DNA of 64,000 nt from Prorocentrum cordatum (Eukaryota), in the NCBI GenBank assembly GCA_963575745.1, contig CAUYUJ010000170.1:124001-188000 (forward strand). The letters run 5' to 3'. Position numbers and translations under genes: made by a program. Every line of letters begins with the position of its first letter. The first letter of the stretch is position 1. Below are positions 25,074-37,654 of the stretch, in pieces. Under the pieces are notes generated by a model. That model searched no databases. It was given only the letters and a program-made list of their open reading frames with translations, and was not told the DNA's origin.

Positions 25074-25624
25074 CTCACGCATGCACACACACACACATAC
25101 ACACAAGAAAACACGCACGCACGCACACAAGCACAAACACAAACACAAACACACACACACACAACACACACGCACGCACGCACGCACGCACGCACTCACG
25201 CATGCACACACACACATACACAAGAAAACACGCACGCACGCACGCACGCACGCACGCACACACAAACACACACACACACACACACATATAACACACGCAC
25301 GCACGCACGCACACACGCACGCACACACACACAGACAAAAAACACACGCACACGCACACGCACACAAATGCACACACCCACGCACTCACGCTCGCACACA
25401 CGCACGCACGCACGCACGCATGCACGCACGCACGCACGAACACACACACACACAAACAAAAAAACACACGCAACCACGCACACACCTACACGCACACGAA
25501 CACGTACGCACAAACACACACATACAAATACAACTACACAGACAAACACAAGCACACACACACACACGCACGTACGCACGCACGCACGCACGCACACACA
25601 CACAAACACACACACACACACACA

Positions 25625-25660
<36 letters not shown>

Positions 25661-25663
25661 CAA

Positions 25664-25695
<32 letters not shown>

Positions 25696-26050
25696 CGGAC
25701 GCACGGACGCACGCACGCACACGCACGCACGCACGCACGCACAGACACACACACACACACACACACACACACGTACACACACACACAGGCACACACACAC
25801 ACAAACCACACACCCACCCACGCATGCACGCACGCACGCACAAACACACACAGACACACGAACCAACAAACACACAAACACACAAGCACGCCAATACGCA
25901 CACGCACACGAACACGCACACGCACACGAACACGTACGCACACACACACAAACACACACACACACACGCACGCACGCACGCACGCACGCACGCACACACG
26001 CAAACACACACACAAACGCAAACATACACACACACACGCACGTACATACT
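25003..26050. repeat. (CA)n/(CACG)n compound microsatellite
   Basis: Read directly from the sequence. Confidence 0.97.
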
Positions 26051-26181
26051 CACTTTTTGGTGGTACGAGAAGAACTGAATCGACGTTGCAAGGCCGCTCA
26101 CGCGCGTCAGGGAAGTCCCAAGGGAGGGGCCCGGGAAACGAATTCTGAGCGTAAGAACCAGTCGTGAGAGCGATCGTTGTC

Positions 26182-26390
26182 TTAATTGGTCCTCCTCCGA
26201 AGACTGTCATGTCCCATGTGCCATTGCAACGGTGCAAAAAACTCATCAAGTCTACCCCTGACATCCATGCTTCTTTGGTCCATCCTTACCCAGGTTTGCT
26301 GGTCGCGTGCCGCTTGGGCGATTCCACTCTGAACGTCCAGGCGCCTTGCGTCTTTAGCTGTCATCCTTTCCATAGGTGTTCAGTGTAGCC
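26182..26390 (-). mobile_element. Possible RTE-like LINE C-terminal relic
   Basis: AQAARDQQTW resembles the terminal W...A.DR..W motif, and a (GT)n tract follows downstream. Confidence 0.3.
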
Positions 26391-26692
26391 TCGTCGGGGC
26401 CGCCTCCGAAGGGGGAGGAGGAAGGAGGAAGGAGGAGGAGAAGAGGAGGACGAGGAGGATGAAAAGGAAAAGGGCAGGCGAGAAGGAGGATGACGACAGC
26501 GACGATGACGACAACGACGATGACTACGAAGACGATCTTCGAACGATGACGGCGATGCGCCCCAAGTAGCATCCCCGACTCCGAGAGGTATCGAAGAGGC
26601 CTCCAACCCAATTAGGCTTCTCGCCCCACTCCGCTCAAGCCGCATATCCTTCCAGACGCGCTGCCACGACAACCGCTCAAGGCCGCCGAGTA

Positions 26693-26869
26693 CAGTCGGG
26701 GCGTTGACCTAAGGAACCCAAAAAGAACGAACGAGGCCCCTTTCTTCCATAAGTTAACCTTCGATTCCCTGTCGAAAACATAAGGAAAGCCTGAGGCAAG
26801 CTGTGAAACGCTTAAGGAACGCGGAGCCCCTTCCCAACAAAAAGGGTTCCTTCTTCAGGGCCCCGACTG
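26693..26869. mobile_element. Tc1/mariner-pogo-type MITE, 177 bp, TA target duplication
   Basis: TA|CAGTCGGGGC.TTGA...GGAACCC ... GGGTTCC...TCAGGGCCCCGACTG|TA; second copy at 38694-38868. Confidence 0.88.
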
Positions 26870-28124
26870 TAAAATATGTCGAATTCATCTCCCTCCAAGA
26901 AAGAGGGGAGGGACAGAGCATATAATTAACATAAGATACGGATGCTCAGGCGCGTTGAGACACGTTGTATACTTCTGGAACCGATCGTTGTCTGAGGCTG
27001 CCCGAGGTATCAAGATGATGCCAAGCTCCGCGATTTGGACAGCTCCCCTAGACATCGTTCCCGGATGGCCCGGTGGGGATACGCGGAGGTTTCAGAATTG
27101 TCTACAAAAGTGTTGGTCGTGAAAGCCTCAACCAATACAGTCCAGAGTGACCGTCTCTCCAACAACCTCAAAGCATCCACTAGGCTGCTGGAGTGTGTTT
27201 GCCATCCTTTGCTAGAATAGGTCGTCAACCTTCTCGCTGGCAGAAGCCAACAAGAACGGCACCAACGATTGAGCCAAGCGGTCTTCACGGATCAAGCGTG
27301 ATAAAACGTGATGGTCCGTCCCTTGATGTCCGATTGGGATGCGATTAAACTTTGACGGATCGCATGTGCTCCACACTAAACCTCCCAGAAAGGTACGATC
27401 ACATCAAGATACATAATATCCCCATTGGAAAACAATTCGCCCGCAGACCCTGGAGGTGGTGGCGGTGATCCAAGGGCAGCGCCAGAGTCGATCGTAAGGC
27501 CATCCCCTCCATTGGATAGTCCTGGGGGGTCTGGAGGTTGAGGCTGAAGATTGTTTAGGTGTGGAAGTTCGTCAAATTTCTCGACGTCGCCTTCCTCAGA
27601 TTCGTCGCCGTCCCTGCCAATCGTTGCTCCTATGTCGCAAGCGAGCACGCCATCAATGTTGTTAGGAGGGACCGGGAAGGGTGCCATCAGATGGAGGGAA
27701 TGGCGCAAGCAACGGAAACACGGAGGCACCGAGAAGGGCGGGTAATCCAGCCACAGAGGTTGAGGGTGTCTGGACGCAGTGGCTATGCCATGCCGTGTAA
27801 GATGCCCAATTCACTACGGTCAGGAACTTCTGCACAGCGTGTCGCGGCGGCGGCCCCGGCGACGCGCTACGCCCTGCGAGCGGATTCTGCGGGTGGGCTT
27901 AGCATTACCTTTCTTCGAGGGCGAAGAACATGTTTTTTCTGGGAGGAGAGGAGATGGGGAGCGCGCGATCACTGAATGGCATTACGGCGTGACGGGCACG
28001 GTAGCGTGAAGCAGAAGACAGCGAGGCACACTGGGATCGCTAAACGAGCCGACCTGCCATAGGCAAGCTCATGCGATAATCTGTGGCCTGATAAACTATG
28101 GTCTGAGGGCGAAGAAAACTACAT

Positions 28125-28270
28125 AAGCATAAACTTCCAGAGCACCGCGCGGATTGCTCGGATCGGCGCTGGACCCCTCCCTGGCGCGCCAGGAGCGCGC
28201 CAGGGGCGGCGCCAGAGGCGGGCCCAGGCGGCGGTCCAAGCTATCCGCGCGGAGCTCCGACGGTTGTTAC
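28125..28270. mobile_element. GC-rich MITE (family with 40118-40283 and 42285-42440)
   Basis: TIR core CCGCGCGGAT/ATCCGCGCGG and shared internal GCGCTGGACC..CCCTGGCG. Confidence 0.65.
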
Positions 28271-28857
28271 GTCCATGCCGTATTTTGTTCGAGGTGGGGG
28301 TGGTGTTGCCTCCTCTGGGCGGCCAAGGGGCCTGAACTGGTGAGGACCCCTGAAAATCGTCCACGAGGGGGGATGGAGCCAACTCCACTCAAAATCGGTC
28401 TCCGACTCCGTTTCACCCACGGATCCGTCTTGGACGGTCCCGGGCCCCCGGCCCGAACCTCCCGGAACCCAGAACCTCGAACCTGCCCCCACTTCCTGCT
28501 CGCTGCAACCAATGCTGGGCCACTGACTCAAACCCCCAGCTGGATCCAAGCGGGGGTGGTGTCGCCTTCCTCCTTCCCAGACCCCCGACGTCGCGATTTT
28601 TTCACGTCGACACCCAGAGGTCTGGACCCTTTCCCCAGGACCAGTCTTTCGTACCGAATCGTTTTTTCACGGTCCCGAGTCCAAGCGGTTGGCCCCCGGA
28701 GGCTGAAAATGACGAAAAACGTCCCGCCGCGATGTTTCACAACGCGAGGCAGTCTGGGTTATGCGTTCTCTCTCTCTCTCTCTCCCTCTCTCTCTCTTGC
28801 CTCGCCGCTCCTCCCCCCCGCCGCGCCCTCTCCCCGACACCCGCAGCGGCCCCGCGC

Positions 28858-28893
28858 CTGCTCCTTGGCCTTCTCGGCCTGCAGCTTGCTGTC
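28858..28893 (-). CDS. U2SURP: Internal micro-exon C (DSKLQAEKAKEQ)
   Basis: 36 nt with acceptor ctccgag|GAC and GC donor CAG|gcgcgg. Every third codon position is G/C, and it fits the SR140 LQ.E..K.. segment. Confidence 0.75.
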
Positions 28894-29096
28894 CTCGGAG
28901 GCCCCCGGGCGGTGCGGCGGCCCCCACATCGGCCACGCGCAAGTCTTGCGGGCAAGATCGGCACACAGGTGCACTGCGCCTCGGACTCTCTGGGAAGGGC
29001 CGCCACAAGGCCGAGGCGCAGTGGATACGAAAACCAATACATCCCCACAGAAGGCCACATGTTCATACATGTGTATATACAATTACATAGATATCT

Positions 29097-29193
29097 ACAT
29101 ACATACATACATACATACATACATACATACATACATACATACATACATACATACATACATACATACATACATACATACATACATACATACATA
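29097..29193. repeat. Perfect (TACA)n microsatellite
   Basis: About 24 uninterrupted units. Confidence 0.98.
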
Positions 29194-29392
29194 CCGTGCG
29201 CCTCGGGCTTCTGGGGAAGGGGGCCCGAGACTCCAAGATGCAGTGGGTGTGGATACATAGTTATCTGGCCCGCAAGGCCGACCCTGGGCCAGGGCTCAGT
29301 GGCTCTTGGCAGCGACAAGGCCGTTGCTTCCTGGTTCTCGTGCTGCTGTTTGCTTCCGGGCTCCGGCGCCGTTGCTGCTCTGGTTTCGGCTA

Positions 29393-29567
29393 CACGCAAG
29401 AGTGACCCTGGGTAAAAGTGACTTTTGGTGCGCGGTTTAGCGGGGTCCGCCTGGGGGCCAAACACAAGCGCGCAAGCCGGCGCCACCGCCTCGCACTCGG
29501 CGAATTTCGGCAACGGGGGGGCCCCGCTGGGGCCGCAATCACTCCGGCCAAGGGTCACTCTTACGTG
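29393..29567. mobile_element. MITE, 175 bp, TA-flanked
   Basis: TA|CACGCAAGAGTGACCCT ... AGGGTCACTCTTACGTG|TA; solo ends at about 24312-24350 and 33738-33776. Confidence 0.8.
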
Positions 29568-30850
29568 TAGCCGATGGTTTTTCGTGGCCAATGTACTTCC
29601 GGTTCTAGCTCCAACTACAATCCCAGAGGCATTCGACTCCGTTTGGGCGAACTACTTCTCTTTCCGTTTTCATTATCAAGACCAAGGTCCAACGTGAACC
29701 CCTAACTGTGTGTTTCTGGCAATCTATGTTGCGCAATAGATGTGGTTCACTCTACGTGGTGCAAATCCCCAGTGCCCAACTTGAAGTTGACAACTCCACT
29801 GCTCGCGCAATCATCCCACCCACCTGCCCGCAACTTGGGCCGCAAACTCTATGCGGAGGAGATTGTGATGAGTGCTTCGTGTTGGCTGATGCATCTCTGC
29901 GGCCGCGCGCACGCGCGCGCATCGGCCAGCTAGTTTTGCGCGACAGACGCCGCCACGGTGGCGCTGACCGCTAGACACATCCCAGCTGGCACTTCATGGC
30001 GGGTCGGCGACTTGAGCGGGCATGGTATCATGGCAACGTCGACCACAGTAGAAACGATTATGATCGTAGACATGCTGGCGACGATGTATAAACAACGCAG
30101 GCAGCACGGCCAGTGACGGCGCCGATGCTGATCACGCCGACGACGATGACGGCGTCCTCGCGTCGGTGATGAAGGTTTTGGAAGGAATTCGACATGTGCG
30201 CGCGGCCGACACGCGAGAGTGGCCCGCATGGTACTATTTGACACGGACCGTGGCCCCCCCCAGCACGCGCGCAAGGGCGCCCTAATGATTCCGGCATGCT
30301 GGGCGAGAGCCCCGTTTGGCAGAATTCAATGAAAATGTTGAAACACCTGGTTATCTTGCAAGAACGCGAGCGCAGGCTTTTTTGAGAACTGTTGTTGCGA
30401 AACCATGTGATTCTCACATGGATTCAGAACACTCGGTTTTGAAATTCCTACGAAACCTATAATGTTTGAAGAATTTCGGCATGCGCGCGCGACGACGCGC
30501 GCATGCGCATTTCGTCCCATTCATTGCAAAGGATTATTGCGACAACGCGCGCGAAAAAACATGTGAACGATTTCGACACGCGCGCGCGAAGTCCGCTTCG
30601 TAGCATGGTGCGAAAATGTTGAAAACCTATGGCTTTCCTTGGGAATTCGCAAGAGCGCGCACGCAAGCTCTTTTTGAACATTGTTGCGAAGCCACGTGTT
30701 CTGATGTGTTTTGGACACTCGGTCTTGAAATCCCTATGAAGCCTAAGACTTCAAAAAGATGTCGGCATGCGCACGCTACGACGCGCGAGTGCACTTCGTC
30801 TCATTTGCTGAAAGGGGTTTTGATAACTGATGAGTTTGATCAACGAGCGT

Positions 30851-31016
30851 GCGCGCTAGGGGGCCACATGCGAACCCTACCCCTACCCCCCACGATTTCC
30901 GAGGGGTAGGGTGGGGTTCACTTCGTTCGGGAGCTCCCGAGCGAAGCGAACCCCACCCTACCCATCAGAAATCGTGGGGGGTAGGGGTAGGGTTCGCATG
31001 TGACCCCCCAACGCGC
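30851..31016. mobile_element. Near-perfect palindrome of about 166 bp (hairpin MITE)
   Basis: Arms CACATGCGAACCCTACCCCTACCCCCCACGATTTC... are mirrored around GAGCTC at 30931-30936 with no spacer. Confidence 0.88.
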
Positions 31017-31184
31017 GTAGTATGGGATGAGGGGGGGTCGATACCGAGATCGCATGGGATGGTACGGACTCAGATTTAGGATGGACGATGGGGCAAAATC
31101 ATATGTACATTGCAACACAAAAAGGTGGCCCGTTCACCCCGTGGGGATAGATCCGAATTATGTATTTGAAAGGATGACCTATGC

Positions 31185-31650
31185 TGCAATCTAGGTTGTG
31201 CAATATGTGTTGCGCAATCTATGCTGAGCAATATGTGTTGTGCAACCAATGTGGTGCAATCTAAGATGTGCTATGTAAGTGGAGCAATCTGTGTTGTGCA
31301 GTCTATGTGGGGCAGTACGTGTGCTACAACATGAGTGGTACAATCTAGGTTTTGCAACCTGTGTTGTAAAATCTACGTTGTGCAATATACGTCGTGCAAC
31401 GTATGGTGTGCAGGCGATGCGGTGCAATATGAGCTGTGTAATATATGTGGAGCTATCTAGGTTGTGCCATGAACGCGGCAAAACTACGAGGCGCATTTTA
31501 TGTTGCCCAGTATAGATTGAAGAATCCTTGCGTTGTGCATTATATGTGGTGCGATCTATGTGGTGCAATTAATTTCTGTTCGCAATGAGTTGTCCACTCC
31601 ACTGCTCGCGCAAACATCCCACCCACCCACCCGCAACTTGGTTTGCAACA
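31185..31650. repeat. About 20-bp TTGTGCAATCTATGT tandem array with a conserved end shared with 29715-29850
   Basis: CTCCACTGCTCGCGCAA.CATCCCACCCACC..CCCGCAACTTGG occurs at both loci. Confidence 0.75.
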
Positions 31651-31689
31651 TCTCTTAAGACCGTGACGGTGGGTACTACATGGCACTTG

Positions 31690-32255
31690 GCAACGACAGC
31701 GACGCCGACCACGACAGCGACAACGACGACGACGACGCCGCCGACAACGACTACAACGACACCAACGACGTCTCCAACGACTTCGACGACGCCGACAACG
31801 ACAACAACGACGACGACGACACCGACGACGACGCAGACGACGACACCGACGCAGACGACGAAACCGACGATGACAACGACAACGACGATGACAACACCGA
31901 CGGCGACGACAACAACGACACCGACGACGACGACGACGACGACGTCAACGACGCCGACGACGACGACGACGACGACGACAACGACGACGACGGCAGCGAC
32001 GACGACGACGCTGACATCAGCGACGACGAAGACGACGACGACGCCGACGCCGACGATGACGATGAAGACGACGACGCCGTCGCCAACGAAGACGACGACG
32101 AGGGAGGAGGGAGGACGACGACGGCGACAACGACGACAACGACGACAACGACGAGGGAGGAGGGAGGACGGCGACGACGCGAACGACGAAGAAGGAGGAG
32201 GGACGGCGACGCTGATGATGACAACGACGAGGGAGGAGGGAAGACGATGATGATG
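31690..32255. repeat. (GAC)n microsatellite
   Basis: Read directly from the sequence. Confidence 0.95.
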
Positions 32256-32534
32256 ATAACTACGAAACCTTGTGTTTTTGTAGGTTTTTGGACACACGAT
32301 TTTGAAATCCTTCCGAAACCTATGGGTTTTGAAGGATTTCGGCATACGCGCGCGACGACGCGCGCGTCTGCACTTCGTCACATTTTTTGCAGAGGATTCT
32401 CGCGACGGCACACGCGCAAGGGCGCTCGACAGATTTCGACATGCGCGCGCGAAGCCCGTTTGATAGCATTTTGTGAAAATCGTCAAAAACCTATGGTTTT
32501 CTTAAGATTTCGAAAGAGCTCGCGCGTAATCTTT

Positions 32535-32643
32535 TTCCCAACCATCCTGTGGTGTTGGGTCCTCGTTTTGAAGAGACAGCGCCCCGCGTTCACTCCTCCT
32601 CCTCCCGCTGCCCCCTCCCTCCTGCCATCACCATCATCATCAC

Positions 32644-32675
<32 letters not shown>

Positions 32676-33400
32676 GCATCATCGTCATTATCACCATCAT
32701 CATCAACCCCTCACACGTTTTCGTGGCCCCATAGGGAGCTCCAGCGAAGGCCCCAGTGGCTGCGCTCCCATGCGCCCACCGCACCCATTTCCGCACACCC
32801 CTCACACGTTTCGTGGCCCCATAGGGAGCTCCAGCGAAGGCCCCAGTGGCTGCGCTCCCATGCGCCCACCGCACCCATTTCGGCACACCCCTCACACGTT
32901 TCGTGGCCCCATAGGGAGCTCCAGCGAAGGCCCCAGTGGCTGCGCTCCCATGCGCCCACCGCACCCATTTCGGCACACCCCTCACACGTTTCGTGGCCCC
33001 ATAGGGAGCTCCACGAAGGCCCCAGTGGCTGCGCTCCCATGCGCCCACCGCAAAGATTTCGGCACACCCCTCACACGTTTCGTGGCCCCATAGGGAGCTC
33101 CATCGAAGGCCCCAGTGGCTGCGCTCCCATGCGCCCACCGCACCCATTTCGCACACCCCTCACACGTTTCGTGGCCCCATAGGGAGCTCCAGCGAAGGCC
33201 CCAGTGGCTGCGCTCCCATGCGCCCACCGCACCCATTTCGGCACACCCCTCACACGTTTCGTGGTCCCATGGGGAGCTCCAGCGAAGGCCCCAGTGGCTG
33301 CGCTCCCATGCGCCCACCGCACCCATTTCTGCACACCCCTCAAACGTTTCGTGGCCCCATAGGGAGCTCCAGCGAAGGCCCCAGTGGCTGCGCTCCCATG
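32535..33400 (+). mobile_element. Hairpin head, (CCT)n, (CAT)n and a homogeneous 90-bp tandem array (about 7.7 units)
   Basis: Head TTCCCAACCATCCTGTGGTGTTGGG; unit CCCCTCACACGTTTCGTGGCCCCATAGGGAGCTCC... repeats every 89-90 bp. Confidence 0.8.
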
Positions 33401-34121
33401 AGGCTCAGACGACGGCCGGCGACGGGGCGGCGACGGGGCGGCGACGGCGGCAACATGGCCGCCAGAGCGGCAAACAGGCCAAGACGACGGCCAGCGACGG
33501 GGCGGCGACGGGGCGGCGACGGCGGCAACGTAGCCGCCAGAGCGGCAGACAGGCCCAGTTCCTCAGAGAAGAGAAGGAAGAACCCCAGAGTGCAAGCACT
33601 GTCTGGGGAGACGCGGCCAAGACGCTTCCAAGAACCACCAGGTGCAGGGCCGTGGGGGGCGCGGGGCAGCTCAACCCGAGCGGGCAAGCTGCTGCTGTCG
33701 CGCCGCATTCTGCGATCCAGGGGCCCCTGTATGCCCGCACCAAAGGTCACTCCGGCGATAGGTCACTCCTACGGCTAGACGATCACCCCCCCCCCCCTGG
33801 TGGTGTCAAAAAGTGGCTCTCGGTGGGAGGACGGTTGTGGAAATTGGGTCGCTGTTCGAGGATGCCTCGAGCGCCGTGGTAGCTCCCAGGTCCCAAGACC
33901 ATCCGTCGACGGCCTTTCTGGTGAAGTCCTCGAGCCTTCACCACACGGTAGTGGGAACCCTGATGTCCGCCCGCGAGACGGCAATGCGTCGTTGATGCAT
34001 TGGCGAAGCCGGGATCGAAAAAAACCTGGCTCCATGTCGCGCCGCATTGGTGATGTATCGGCGATGAGGCGTAGTCCTCCGACTCCATCTAATCCCGCCC
34101 CATTTGTCAAGTATGGATGTC

Positions 34122-34199
34122 CGCTCGCGCGATGGCGATGTTGAAATGCTCCATGATGTCTGGGAGCGACTTCTCAAACTCGCGGCGGTACGCCCAGGC
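34122..34199 (-). CDS. U2SURP: Internal exon B (AWAYRREFEKSLPDIMEHFNIAIARA)
   Basis: 78 nt with acceptor atgccag|GCC. The GA donor (GCG|gacatc) is inferred from frame continuity with exon C. This exon is not in the ORF track. Confidence 0.85.
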
Positions 34200-34289
34200 C
34201 TGGCATGGGCCGGGCGGCCCGAGAGGCAGACTCGCATACCCTCGGGTTCGGGTTTGGGTTCGAGCGCGTCGTCCTCCGCCTCTCTCTTC

Positions 34290-34459
34290 CTACTACTGCC
34301 ATCTCCTACGCTTCCTCCTCGTCCTCTTTCTCCCCCTCCTCATCCTCCTCCTTCTCCTCCTCCTCACCACCACCATCATTGTCACCACCACCACCACCAT
34401 CACCATCATCATCAGCATCAGCATCAGCATCAACATCATCAGCATCATCATGGTAACCC

Positions 34460-34501
<42 letters not shown>

Positions 34502-34850
34502 CCACCATCATCAGAATCAACATCACCATCACCATCACCATCGCAACCACCATCATCACCACCACCACCATCATCACCATTTACAACAACATCATCGTCA
34601 TCATCGTCATTATCATCGTCATCGTCATCATCATCAGCAACACCATCATCAACATCATCAACACCATCAGCATCATCATCGTCATCTTCACCACGACTCT
34701 CCTACCCATCATAACCGTCATCACTGTCACCATCAACATCACCATCGACGTCACCATCATGACGCGGATCGTCCTTCTGCTCCTCGCTCCAACTCTCCCC
34801 CCGCCGCACCACCAGACGGGTCCGTAAGTCTTGGTTGGGCGTTTCGCCTG
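34290..34850 (+). repeat. (CCT)n/(CAT)n microsatellite ending in TGGTTGGG plus a GGCG-TTT-CGCC hairpin (tail-type end)
   Basis: Read directly; tail at 34832-34848. Confidence 0.7.
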
Positions 34851-34870
34851 AGACTTCCTTACAAGAGAAT

Positions 34871-35061
34871 TCGGGGACGGCCAAGAGGGGGGCGTCCAAG
34901 AGGGGGGGGGCGCAAATCATGGCTGGCGGCACGTGCGCGGTCCAAGGGGGGGCCAGGGACGCAATGAAATAAGAGGAGGCGCCATGAAATCTGAGGAAAT
35001 ATCATGGCCCACGCCATGGTACCCCCCCCCTAATCATCACCCCACTCTTTGCCGCCCCTGA
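34871..35061. mobile_element. About 190-bp MITE (second copy 48498-48690)
   Basis: Two colinear copies; ends CGGGGACGGCCAAGAG and CTCTTTGCCGCCCCTG. Confidence 0.75.
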
Positions 35062-35081
35062 AGAGTATCCCGAAGATCAAG

Positions 35082-37654
35082 TACCCGGGGACGTACCCAA
35101 CCGTTCAACAACAGGAGGCGGCTACACCTCCAGGGCCGCTTCATCTAGCAGGGCATCGCCTGGATCCGCGGCACCCTTGACCGCCTCGCTGAAAAAAAAG
35201 AAGTCGAACCGGAGCCAAACGTTCTCCTCTCGCGGCATGACTCCCGCGGCTCGCGTCAGAGGCGGGCGGGCGACCACGAGCAGGCAAGGGAACCACCGCG
35301 ACGGGCGCGGAAGAATATACAGAGGAGGGAGGCCTGGGGAACCGACTACTCCCCACTCCGCGACAGAGTGGGGGCGGTTTAATTGAGGGGGGGGTATCTG
35401 ATTTGAGCTGTCTTGGAGGGTTCCAGGGGGTCTGGGCAAAAGGCTGCCCTTTCGTGGCTGGTCTGGAGGGAGTCTGGAACGACTGTCTGGGAGGGTTGTG
35501 ACCCCCTCTCTTTTATTACGAAAGCTGGAGTAGTGGGAGTAGCCGCGAGGCGCGCTACATTCCAGTTGCAGAACAGCGCCGTCCGCGATGTAACCAGACC
35601 TGCGCTACAGCCGAACATATGATCAAGAAGAGTATGATTTAAGAAACCTGGGCCAGCTTTCCAGGAAGTGTCCTAAGACAAGCCAAGGCCAAATGTTCGT
35701 GGTAACGCTGGAGGGGCGAGTACGCCGAAGAAACTGGGCCAGCTTTCCGGCAAGTTGAGTAAGAAACGCTGGCCCAGCTTTTCGGGAGGAGGCTTCTTGA
35801 TCTGATGCTCGACCGTGGTGTCCAGGGAGCCGTGAGGTCAAGGGACCCCCAAGGGAGCCGAGAGGTCTAGCCTGGATGCGCGTAAGACACCAGTCCGTTG
35901 GTCCCCCTCTGGGGCCCACCAGAAGCGCCACAATTACACAGTTCGCAGTCCACCCAGCGGCCGAGAGGTCTAGTCTGGATGCACGTAAGACACCTGTCCG
36001 TTGGTCCCCCTCTGGAGCCCACCAGAAGCGCCACACTTACGCAGTTCGCAGTCCCCCCGGAAAGCCGAGAGGTCTAGTCTGGATGTGCGTAAGAAACCAC
36101 TCCGCTAGGCCCCCAGGGCACCATGGAACATCGTCACAGTTTCGCAGTTTCGCAGTCCCCCGGGGAGCCTGGATACGCGTGAAAAATCATTCCGCTGGGG
36201 CCCCCCGAGGGCTCACGAAAGTGGCGACAGTCTCACAGTTCGCAGACCCCCAGGGAGCCGCGAGGTCTAGTCTGGATGCACGTAGGACACCACCACTCCG
36301 CTGGGCTCCCAGGAACCCACGAAAATGACAACGCCTGTGTCTCAGTCCGCAGCCCCCCAGGGAGCCGCGAGGTCGAGTCTGCGCGTAAACCACCACCCCG
36401 CTGGCCCCCCGGGGGGCCCACGAAAAAGGCCACATCCTCATAATTTGCAACCCCCCAGGGAGCCGCTGGATGCGCGTGAGACGCCACTCCGCGGGCTCCC
36501 CCAGGAGCTCACGAACATCGCGACAGCTTCGCAGGTCGCAGCCCCACAAGGGGGCCGAGGGGTCGAGCTCGATGTGCGTATGTCAACGCCCCTCTACATT
36601 CCCGCAGTTCACAGCTCCCTTGGGAGCCGAGAGGTCGAGTCTGCATGTGCGTGAAACATGACCCCCGCTGGGCCCCCAGAAAACAACGAGCATGGCGACA
36701 ACATCACGTGTTGCAGCCCCCCAAGGAGCCGCGAGGTCTAGTTTGGACGTGCGTAAGACACAACTCCAGTGGGCCCCCAGGACCCATGAACATCGCGACA
36801 GTCTCGCAGTTCGCAGACCCCACAGGGAGCCGAGAGGTCGAGTCATGATGTGGGTAAGACACCACTCCGTTGGGGGGGGCCCAGGGGCCCGCGAAACTGG
36901 CGACAGCGTTGCAGCTTCCAGCCCCCGAGAGAGCCGAGAGGTCTAGCCTGGATGTGCGTGAGACACCACTCCGCTGGGCCTCAGGGGCCCACCAAAGGCG
37001 CGACGGTCTCGCAGCTCGCAGCCCCGCAGGGAGCCCTGATGCCTAGTCTGGATGAATAAAACACTACCCCGCTGGCCCCCTGGGAGGCAGCAGCACAGGC
37101 GACCGTTTCGCACTTCGAAGCCCCCCAGGGAGCCGAGATGTTGAGTCTGGATGCGCGTAAGACACCACCCCGCTAGCCTCCCCAAGGGGCCCGTGAAAGT
37201 GGCGACAGCGTTACAGTTCGCAGCCCCCCGACGAGCCAAGAGGTCGAGCCTGGATGCATTCACCAATCCGTTGGTCCCCCTCTCGGGGCCCACCAGAAGC
37301 GCCGCCACGATTACGCAGTTCGCAGTCCATGGGTAGCCGAAAGGTCTAGTCTGAATGTGCGTAAGACACCACTCCGCTGGACCCCCAGGAGGCCGCGGAA
37401 CTGGCGACTGTCGCGCAGCCCCCCCAGGGACAAGAGGTCTAGCCTTGACGCGCGTAAGACACCACCCCAATGGGCCCCCAGGGGCCCACGAAAAGCTTGA
37501 CAGCTTTGCCGTCCGCAGCCCCACAGGCAGCGGGAACAACAAAGCACGAGGCAGACGGAATAATGGCAAGGCATTGAGAAGAAAAGGAGGCGGGAAGGAG
37601 ACGAGCGAGTAGTGCTCTACCCACAGCGAGAACCCAACACAGGAGGGTTGGGAA
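35082..37654 (-). mobile_element. Helentron/DINE-like modular element E1 with a central array of about 90-bp repeats (35820-37530)
   Basis: Left (+) end TACCCGGGGACGTACCCAACC; right end CCCAACACAGGAGGGTTGGGAA. Confidence 0.7.

Noticed and set aside
27010..27729. Non-repetitive, coding-like ORFs (PPDPPG-containing)
   Set aside because: Short, interrupted and without a motif I can assign; possibly old TE debris.
32706..33400. CRISPR-like appearance of regular arrays (also 60061-61810 and 54935-55787)
   Set aside because: Whole units repeat without unique spacers, there are no cas genes, and the context is a eukaryotic intron.
35128..35188. Exon-like segment on the minus strand (ttttcag|C-EAVKGAADPGDALLDEAALE|gt)
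   Set aside because: At 61 nt it would break the frame between exons A and B, which join directly in the conserved domain. It also starts with C rather than G and lies inside element E1.
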